A DNA stretch of 63,699 nt, the filler included, from Octopus bimaculoides (Eukaryota), in the NCBI RefSeq assembly GCF_001194135.2. It is 6 parts of 6 records of this genome, joined end to end, with 100 filler letters (N's around TTAATTAATTAA, not from the genome) between each part and the next. Parts side by side here need not be neighbours in the genome. Positions count along the whole stretch, not along the records: positions 47,780 to 56,562 come from NC_068982.1; positions 56,663 to 63,699 come from NC_068988.1; 4 more parts are not named here. One strand, written 5' to 3'. A program made the translations under genes and the position numbers. The notes beneath the pieces were generated by a model that saw nothing but the letters and a program-made list of their open reading frames with translations, ran no database searches and was not told the origin of the DNA. This document shows positions 54,272-63,699 of the stretch, piece by piece. Within the stretch, counting starts at the first letter, position 1. The number at the start of each line of letters is the position of its first letter.

Positions 54272-56035
54272 GAAGGCGCATGGCTCAGTGGTTAGAGCGT
54301 CGAGCTAACGATTGTGAGGTCGTGAGTTCCAATCCCGGACCGTGCCGCGTGTTGTGTTCTTGAGCAAGACACTTTATTTCACATTGCTCCAGTTCACTCA
54401 TCTGTAGAAATGAGTTGCGACGTCACAAGTGCCAGGCTGTATCAGCCTTTGCCTTTCCTTTGGATAACACTGGTGGCGTCGAATTCGGCTTTGCCTTTCA
54501 TCCTTTCGGGGGCGTCGATTAAATAAGTACCAGTTATACACTGCGATTGATGTAATCGACTTAAATCCCTCAAATTTGAGGCCTTGTGCTTCCAGTAGAA
54601 ATGATTATCATTATCATGATGATAATAATAATAATAATAATTATTATTATTATTAGGGCGGTGAGCTGACAGAATCGTTTGCACGCCGGACGAAATGCTT
54701 AGCGATATTCCGTCAGTCGCTATATTCTGAGTTCAAATTCCGCCGAGGTCGACTTTGCCTGTCACCCTTCCGGGGTCGATAAATTAGGTACCAGTGAAAA
54801 ACTGGAGTCAATATAATTGATTTACCCCTTCCCTCCAAATTTAAGGTTTTGTGTCTATAGTAGAAAGCATTATCATCATTATCATGGCCGACAGCGGAAT
54901 CGATAGAATGCCAAGTAAAAGTGCCTTGCGGTGTTTGGTTACAACTGATTACTATTCAGTATTGAAAGCCATTCATTACATCATAGATATATTTCTGCAG
55001 TCTGCTTCGCAATCAATAGCAAGCATGAATGTTTAATTACCTTGATTCCTGTACCATCTGCTTCCACGTATACAACATCTTCTCCATTATACAGTTCACT
55101 CAGCAACTTAATTTGCGATTCTTCACTCGCATAATGAACACCTGCTTCAAAAGACAACGGAAAGAAAAAAAACACACGATTGAAAGCGCTGAATAATTAC
55201 TTTTATGTGACATCATTAATAACGCCTTTTATAAAATAAGAGATAAATAATTAAGTAAATTCTAAATTCATTGAAATTACATGTAGAAAATTTATAATTT
55301 ATGTTTTATTTTTTGTTTGATTTAGTCATTAAGCCGCAGCCATGGTGGAGCACCGCCTTGAAACGCTAAGTTACAGGGATTGAAGCGGTGATAGTGGGAC
55401 ACATTGTATTGTCCTTTATTTTGTCTCTTATGTTATTGTCTTTTAATGTGATTTTGTGAGCAGTTGGTGGCGAGCTGGCAGAACCGTTAGCACACTGGGC
55501 GAAATACTTTGCAGTATTTCGTCCGTCTTTACATTCCGAGTTCAAATTCCTTTCATCCTTTCGGGGTCGATAAATTAAGTACCAGTGCAACACTGGGGTT
55601 GATGTAATCGACTAGTCCCCTTCCCCCCACAATTTCAGGCCTTGTACCAATAGTAAAAAGGATTAATTATTATAATAAAGGCGGTGAGCTGGCAGAATCG
55701 TTAGCACGCCGGACAAAATGCTTAGCGGTATTTCGTCCGTCTTTACGTTCTGAGTTCAAATTCTGCCAAGGTCGACTTAATGTATAGACCTGGAAAGGGT
55801 GAAAGGTAAAGTACCAGTTGAGTACTGGGGTCGATGTAATCGGCTTCTTCCCCACCAAATTTCAAGCCTTGTGCCTATTGTAGGAAGGATTATTAATATC
55901 GTTGTTAAAGGCGGCGCGCTGATAGAATCCATGCCACAACAGACAAAATGCTTAACAGTGTTTCTTCTGGTTTACGTTTTCAGTTCAAATGGCGGCGAGA
56001 TCGACTGTCTTTCATTCATTTGGAGTTAATAAAAG
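54272..56035 (+). mobile_element. Cluster of same-orientation tRNA-derived SINEs: family C at 54272-54478; family B at about 54479, 54655, 55466, 55678 and 55907
   Basis: Repeated heads ggcggtgagctggcagaatcgttagcacgccgg and B-box gagttcaaattcc. The family C head ggctcagtggttagagcg is followed by a CORE-like tgttcttgagcaagacac. Confidence 0.85.
55041..55141 (-). CDS. Exon of a FAS/PKS-like ketosynthase domain: (G)VHYASEESQIKLLSELYNGEDVVYVEADGTGIK
   Basis: Acceptor tcttttgaagcag|GT and donor ATCAAG|gtaatt; 101 nt, phase 1 to 0. Aligns by eye to FASN GVTFPSGDIQEQLIRSLY...YIEAHGTGTK and splices in frame to the next exon. Confidence 0.9.
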
Positions 56036-56304
56036 AAGTGTCCGTTAAGCACGAGGGACGATATGATCCACTTATTCCTTACCTTAAAATTGTTGGCTTT
56101 CTGGTAAAATCTTACCCATTATTATTATCATCATCGCCAGATAATCTGATCATAGGTCTGCTCTGAACCGATTTGGGGTTAATCATCAACTCATTCGAAA
56201 TATTCTTTTTATCTCCAGGTTGACTATCGTCATGGAGGAAGAAAATGGTACTTCATTTTCACTGGTATTTCTAATCAAAGAAACCGAATCAGAGAGTAAA
56301 TAGA

Positions 56305-56562
56305 CACATGGTTCCGGGTTGAGCCCCACTGCACCTTGAGCAAATGTCTTTTGCTATTGCCTCGGACCGACCAAAGCCTTGAGAGTGGATTTGGTAGAAG
56401 GAAACTGAAAGAAGCCCACCGTGTGCGCGCGTGTGTATGTGCGCGTGCATGTAGTGCGTGTATATGTGCACGAGCGCGTGTTTTCCCCCACCCCACTCCG
56501 TTTGATGACTGGTATTGGTATGTTTACATCCCATCACTTGGCGTTTCGGCAAAACAAAAGTA
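56305..56562 (+). mobile_element. SINE family A copy truncated at a synthetic join
   Basis: cacatggttccgggttg...ggatttggtagaaggaaactgaaagaagccc... Confidence 0.7.
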
Positions 56563-56662
56563 NNNNNNNNNNNNNNNNNNNNNNNNNNNNNNNNNNNNNN
56601 NNNNNNTTAATTAATTAANNNNNNNNNNNNNNNNNNNNNNNNNNNNNNNNNNNNNNNNNNNN
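56563..56662. other. Synthetic contig join
   Basis: 44N + TTAATTAATTAA + 44N. Confidence 0.95.
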
Positions 56663-56701
<39 letters not shown>

Positions 56702-57129
56702 ATATTATTTTTTCCTTCTTAATGTATTCTTATATACACTAAAAATACACACAAGCGTTAATTGAAAGATGAATAGAATAGCATATATTCTTACAAAGAA
56801 ACTGTTGGTGGTTACCTCAATGTAGGGCTTTGTTGCATTCAACAGTTTAATTAAGGGGACGAAGACAAAACATGGAAGTAACTTCAATGCTTTCTTCATG
56901 AATATAATATAATTATAAACGTGAGCGCACTCTGATTGACCCCAGTATTTAGTTTTATGCCAAGCGCGTATTTTATTACTATCTTTTTGACTAACCGCTG
57001 TGTTAGATGGACGTAAAAGAGCAACACTAGTTGCCCCGTACTGGAGAGGGACATATACAAGCAGAAAGACACAGAGACAGATTCATGCATAAATACATAT
57101 ATCTATACATAAATGTGCGTGTGTGTGTC

Positions 57130-57330
57130 TATACAATGGGTGCTAAAAATTTCCCGGTTTTAAGGGTTTCGCGAAATGCCTGGTTGGTTGGAGGCCCACC
57201 ATTTCGAGTTCTTTCACAGGGCTTAGAAAAACTGAAGGACCTTTGCAATAAGCGTGTGAAACCGAGAAAGAATATGACGAATAAAATCATAATTAATTTA
57301 TCCTCCTGCAAAACCTTCTTCAGCAATGTA
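57130..57330 (+). mobile_element. Mariner-derived MITE-like remnant
   Basis: TIR-like tacaatgggtgctaaaaattt and aaccttcttcagcaatgta ends. The internal stretch resembles a transposase C-terminus (EKLKDLCNKRV). Confidence 0.4.
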
Positions 57331-57556
57331 ATTGCACACCTGGTTTTGGTGATTTTTCCCCCTCCTCTGAACGCTTCCTTTTTCCCCTTTTTCTTTCGGA
57401 AAAAGAGCTATTCTCGAAACGTCAAAAATTTCACTTTTTCTTCAACGTGAAACTAATACATTCCGTGCGCACGTCTTTTTGTGGTTTGTTATTGTTATTT
57501 TGAATGCTCGTTTATTTTATTTGACTCTCTCTCTACCTCTCTCTCTCTTTCTCTCA

Positions 57557-57588
<32 letters not shown>

Positions 57589-58446
57589 GTAATTATGAGT
57601 GTATGTATATATGACTATGTTTATATGATTATATGCATATATATGCATATACGCCGTACACATACACTAACAAATATATACACAGAAATACATGCACACA
57701 CAAACATGTACATAAATATATGCACATATGCACGAGATAATTGCTACAGGAATTTATTGATCATTCTAGGTGGTGCCCCAGTGTGGCCGCCACAGTCAAA
57801 TAAGTAAAAGTTAAAAACAAAGTTAAAAATAGATAAAAGTTAAAAGATAAAAAGATACTCCTACTTGAACATGATTGACCTGAAGCGAAACAAGTGGAAA
57901 GTACAATGTCAAATAATACAACTATTAATGTATTAAAAATGGTACTAAAAACGATACGAAACTTGAACTTCGTCATATACTGGAGAAAATATGTTACTGC
58001 GTTCTTTGTGGTACAGATAGTGTATATGGACTAAGTGTTTATACAATGTTTCCCACGTGAAATTCAATCAGTATATTTAATAAATGTTCTTAACACATCA
58101 AACCACTTGATCCCATCAAAAACATCGAAAGAATATAATTTGCAACAATTACTTTCGGGGAAATGAGGTTATTGGTGCTTTAATGAGGAAATTAGAACTG
58201 TCTTCATCGCCATTGCATGTATATATAGAAATATAAACTAGAAAAAAAAAACGTTAAAACAATAACAACAAACAGAAAAGTGGGGAGTACAACGGTCACG
58301 GAGTATTAACCCCAGACTTACTAATACAAATATGAATGATATTAAAACGCACGTCACATAACAATAATACAGAAATACATATGTAAGTACACACATACAG
58401 AAATACATATGTAAGTACATACATGCATACACACAGATACAAACAC

Positions 58447-58506
<60 letters not shown>

Positions 58507-58528
58507 NNNNNNNNNNGATATATGCATA

Positions 58529-58574
<46 letters not shown>

Positions 58575-58697
58575 CTTACACAGACATATATGCATACATA
58601 TGTATATATATATACATATATTGATATATATCAATCTGTGTATATGTGTGTGTGTATGTCTGTGTGTGTGTTTTATCTATCTATCTATCTACCTATG

Positions 58698-58740
<43 letters not shown>

Positions 58741-58750
58741 NNNNNNNNNN

Positions 58751-58786
<36 letters not shown>

Positions 58787-59000
58787 CATACATACATATA
58801 AGTATATATGTATGTATATACATATATAAATAAACATGTATATGCATATATATTCATATAAATGAATATAATTGTATGCTCCGTATCAATCTTACGTACA
58901 CGCACAAACCGGGCAATACAAACACATGCTGCCAGCTAACACACATACACACATGCACACACAAAAATACGCACACGAACACACACACAGACACACACAA

Positions 59001-59040
<40 letters not shown>

Positions 59041-59263
59041 CCATATAATATCGGTAATAAAGATTCAGCAACGTATCAATTTAATTTTCTGGATTGCGTG
59101 ATTATTTCAATAAATAATATGTTATTGGTGTTAGTTCTGACTAAACAACAAACATATGAAAACCTATATGTACCTACTTCATTATCTACCTGTGCGTGAG
59201 GCAAACGTAGTCGACTTCTATATAGATACATACATAGAAGCAAACACACTCACTGACATACAA

Positions 59264-59298
<35 letters not shown>

Positions 59299-62200
59299 NN
59301 NNNNNNNNNNNNNNNNNNNNNNNNNNNNNNNNNNNNNNNNNNNNNNNNNNNNNNNNNNNNNNNNNNNNNNNNNNNNNNNNNNNNNNNNNNNNNNNNNNNN
59401 NNNNNNNNNNNNNNNNNNNNNNNNNNNNNNNNNNNNNNNNNNNNNNNNNNNNNNNNNNNNNNNNNNNNNNNNNNNNNNNNNNNNNNNNNNNNNNNNNNNN
59501 NNNNNNNNNNNNNNNNNNNNNNNNNNNNNNNNNNNNNNNNNNNNNNNNNNNNNNNNNNNNNNNNNNNNNNNNNNNNNNNNNNNNNNNNNNNNNNNNNNNN
59601 NNNNNNNNNNNNNNNNNNNNNNNNNNNNNNNNNNNNNNNNNNNNNNNNNNNNNNNNNNNNNNNNNNNNNNNNNNNNNNNNNNNNNNNNNNNNNNNNNNNN
59701 NNNNNNNNNNNNNNNNNNNNNNNNNNNNNNNNNNNNNNNNNNNNNNNNNNNNNNNNNNNNNNNNNNNNNNNNNNNNNNNNNNNNNNNNNNNNNNNNNNNN
59801 NNNNNNNNNNNNNNNNNNNNNNNNNNNNNNNNNNNNNNNNNNNNNNNNNNNNNNNNNNNNNNNNNNNNNNNNNNNNNNNNNNNNNNNNNNNNNNNNNNNN
59901 NNNNNNNNNNNNNNNNNNNNNNNNNNNNNNNNNNNNNNNNNNNNNNNNNNNNNNNNNNNNNNNNNNNNNNNNNNNNNNNNNNNNNNNNNNNNNNNNNNNN
60001 NNNNNNNNNNNNNNNNNNNNNNNNNNNNNNNNNNNNNNNNNNNNNNNNNNNNNNNNNNNNNNNNNNNNNNNNNNNNNNNNNNNNNNNNNNNNNNNATAAA
60101 TACCTACACATATATACGCGTAATATATGCATATATATGTAGATATATAAATACATATATAAACAGTATATACATATGCATATATATGTATATATATATA
60201 TATATATATCTACACACATGTATATGTATGTATATATATCTACACGCACACACACACACACATATATATATACACGGTGGGAGAGAGGGAGATTAGAAGA
60301 GACGCGTTGACAAAAAACATTTCCAATCTCAAAAAACCGTGTGCGTATATATATATATATATTATTTAGCGTTAATGTATGTGTATCTGTGTGTGTATTC
60401 TGTGTATGCATGAACACTTATGCATATGTTCTTAATATAAAACATATATTTAGAATGAGGGGAAAATAGATGGGCACAAATTACTGATGTAAGTAGAATA
60501 TATACATGTATATATATGTATATATATGCGCATATGTCTATGGTTCGGTATATTTGCAAGTATGCGTATGTTTATATTTTATTGTCTATGTGTGCGTGGG
60601 GCCGTGTTTGTGTTGTTTTGTGTATGTTTGTGTTGATAATTAAGCAATAATATTTCATTTGAATATACCTTACAAACATGATCGTGTGTTTTTTCAAATT
60701 TTATTTTATTTTTATTATCCTAAGTGCTTTTAACACAAAATTCTTCTCCTGGGGATATTTAAAAGTTTTCTTTAATTATCTCTATTTATACATCGATATA
60801 TATCTTCCTTTGTATCTATATCTGTATACACTTATACACATAAATACAAGCATGCGTATTTGTGTACATGCTTATGTATATATATATATATATATNNNNN
60901 NNNNNNNNNNNNNNNNNNNNNNNNNNNNNNNNNNNNNNNNNNNNNNNNNNNNNNNNNNNNNNNNNNNNNNNNNNNNNNNNNNNNNNNNNNNNNNNNNNNN
61001 NNNNNNNNNNNNNNNNNNNNNNNNNNNNNNNNNNNNNNNNNNNNNNNNNNNNNNNNNNNNNNNNNNNNNNNNNNNNNNNNNNNNNNNNNNNNNNNNNNNN
61101 NNNNNNNNNNNNNNNNNNNNNNNNNNNNNNNNNNNNNNNNNNNNNNNNNNNNNNNNNNNNNNNNNNNNNNNNNNNNNNNNNNNNNNNNNNNNNNNNNNNN
61201 NNNNNNNNNNNNTATATATATATATATGTATGTATGTATGTATCATGCGTATGTATGTGTGTATGTGTTATTTACGTCTCCTTCATACTATTATACACAC
61301 AAACACTCTCGCATATGAGTACTTACCCAATTATTTAAACATTCTTATATCACTGTGTATATACCCACAGACATTACCTATGTAGCATATAACCCAAAAA
61401 CATGTGTGTGTGTGTGCGTGTGCGTGTGATTGTGCACGCGGGCGCCCGCATGTGTGTTAGAAATTTTGGAAATCTCAAACGCAGGAGAATAGCAAATGAA
61501 AAAATTTAGTAAATCGGGTAAAATACCCTTTTAGTCGGAAAAATGTGGCCAACAAGCCGCTAATTTCTGGCCACATCTGCGGTGCTTTTCCTCCATCACG
61601 GTTGTTCCTCACCAAAAAATATACACATACACAAAATTGCACATACACATACACACCCACACAAGCACACTCATACATACATATGCACGAAGGGTTTTTT
61701 CAGCTTACGTCAGCCAAGACTATAGCATAAGACACTTGCCCAAGATGCCAAGCTTTGGGACCGAACCCGGAACTTTATCGTTTTGAAACAAATTTCTTAC
61801 TACGTGCAGTCACATATACGTGTGTGTGTGTGTGTGTGTGTGTGTTGTGTGCAACGAAAACCTCCACAAGGTAAAAGTGAAACACTTAAGTAAGAGTTAC
61901 CGTAAGCCATAACCGAAACCCCAATGTTGTTCAATCCCGTAATGAATGATAGAATATTTTCAACAAACCCATCATAGACTAAGAACTCAAAGCTTCTTCA
62001 TAAGTTGAACACAATGAGAATGAAGGCCAATTCAGAACAGCGATATCACAAGATATAAATAATTCATAGTCAACATGGATATCAGACATATACCTTCATC
62101 AGCAGATGTCTACATACAGTTGTATGTAGGTGTATGATGAAAAGGAAGATATTAATATGAAAGTATGTCTATTAACACTTTATTCCTGTTAATGCTAATT

Positions 62201-62559
62201 GAATTACAGTCGATCCGCAGAACAAGTTCTGTTAAATGGGGTTTGAAACATTTAGAGCTCCCGAAAATTACACCAGAATATAAGAGTGAAATGTATTTCC
62301 AGAACGTTCCAAATTTTCATAAAATAACGTGGTATGCATTTCAAAAAAACATTAAATGTAATTAAGATATCAATTATCTTACACGATTAATACTAGATTT
62401 TATGTTTTAATTTATATCATTTTCCATGTGAGAGAATTATTGATGTGTCTTGTGGTATTTGCAACTAACATCAAAAGAGAAAAGGAAATAATATCAAGAA
62501 TACAGAATTTTCGAATATTGTTATAACGAAGAGGCTGAACGTAAGGGGGACATAGAAGG

Positions 62560-62765
62560 GGCTAAACATAGAGGGGACAAACACGGACAGGCAAAGGTAT
62601 TAAGTCGATTATATCGTCCCCAGTGCGTAACTGGTACTTAATTTTTCGACCCTGAAAGGATGAAAGGCAAATTCGACCTCGGCGGAATTTGAACTCAGAA
62701 CGTAACGGCGGACGAAATACCGCTAAGCATTTCGCCCGGCGTGCTAACGTTTCTGCCAGCTCGTA
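62560..62765 (-). mobile_element. SINE family B copy, CpG-rich
   Basis: gaaaggatgaaaggcaaattcgacctcggcggaatttgaactcagaacg...gtgctaacgtttctgccagctcg. Confidence 0.85.
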
Positions 62766-63209
62766 CTGATTGTATCGGTCTTCAACCGCTAAGGTACGCA
62801 GACGTAAAGAGACCTTCACCGGTGATGGAGCACAAATACAAACTCTCATAGTTATATATATAAAACAATATCTAACTATCTATACATACATACATACAAA
62901 CACATACGCATACAAACACATACATACATACAGATACATACATATATACATGCACATACATCATACATACATACATACATACATACACACACACATACAT
63001 ACATACACTCATAAATACACAAACACATGCACATACATACATGCATACATACATAAATATATGCATGCATACATTCATGCATACATACATGCGTACATAC
63101 ATACGTATACACAGTAGGCTTCTTTCAATTTTCGTTTTCCGAATCCACTCACAAAGTTTTGACTTGACGCGACTATTGCAGAAGACACCTGCGCTTAATA
63201 TCACGCAGT

Positions 63210-63453
63210 GGGACTGAACCTGGAACTATGTGGTTGGAAATCAAACTCATTATCGACACAGCAACGTCTTCACTGACATAACAGTAAGGTAGAGTCAAAT
63301 ACATTACATAAACTGTTATAATTTGGAGTCAGGGACTGAACCTGGAACTATGTGGTTGGAAATCAAACTCATTAACGACACAGCAACGTCTTCACTGACA
63401 TAACAGTAAGGTAGAGTCAAATACATTACATAAACTGCTATAATTTGGAGTCA
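63210..63453. repeat. Tandem duplication, 2 x 122 bp
   Basis: Units 63210-63331 and 63332-63453 differ at 2 positions by eye. Confidence 0.92.
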
Positions 63454-63699
63454 GGTTTTCCTTCATAACCACCTAAAGTAGAAAGCCAGATTCAGCCGTT
63501 AGGCGAAAATTGAAATAAAAGACAAATCTAATTTTTTGGCTTATATTTTCTGTATGTGCACTGTATATGTAGTTTGTTGTTCTTTCTCAGTCTCTTTGTT
63601 TCTCTACTACAGACGGGATAGGCTACATCGAACAAAGTAATTATATTTTTAGTAAATGTTCTCTATGTATATATATGTATGTAGGTAGGTAATCATTTT

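Noticed and set aside
54272-54345. tRNA gene (also heads at 32292, 50330 and 55678)
   Set aside because: There is no closed cloverleaf, and each continues into a SINE body.
61500-62000. Candidate upstream KS exons (ATFFRLKG; SFITGLNNIG)
   Set aside because: The similarity to FASN motifs is too weak to support.
63210-63453. CRISPR-like repeat-spacer array
   Set aside because: It is a contiguous two-unit duplication in eukaryotic DNA, with no spacers and no cas genes.

Overview
This is eukaryotic, AT-rich, very microsatellite- and SINE-dense genomic DNA. The SINE families and repeat load point to an octopus/cephalopod (inference). It is a draft assembly with many N gaps and five synthetic 100-bp joins (44 N + TTAATTAATTAA + 44 N), so adjacency across those joins is uncertain. 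Almost all ORF-track entries are translations of microsatellites or gaps. The one well-supported host gene is on the minus strand: four GT-AG exons (55141-55041, 53933-53819, 52493-52350, 48010-47927; 444 nt) that splice in frame into the C-terminal half of an animal fatty-acid-synthase-like ketosynthase (KS) domain. The catalytic His of the EAHGTGT motif is replaced by Asp (EADGTGI), while KSNxGH is retained, which makes it a candidate non-elongating (KS0-like) or pseudo-enzyme FAS/PKS paralogue. I could not find its upstream active-Cys exon or any downstream AT-domain exon. The rest of the window holds decayed mariner/Tc1 transposases, LINE fragments (Tx1, RTE, Dong/R4, CR1-like), a Penelope-like fragment, hammerhead-ribozyme-like motifs, many tRNA-derived SINEs, a promoter-like CpG-rich patch near 39.6-39.8 kb, and CpG-depleted versus CpG-rich blocks whose borders fall on the synthetic joins.
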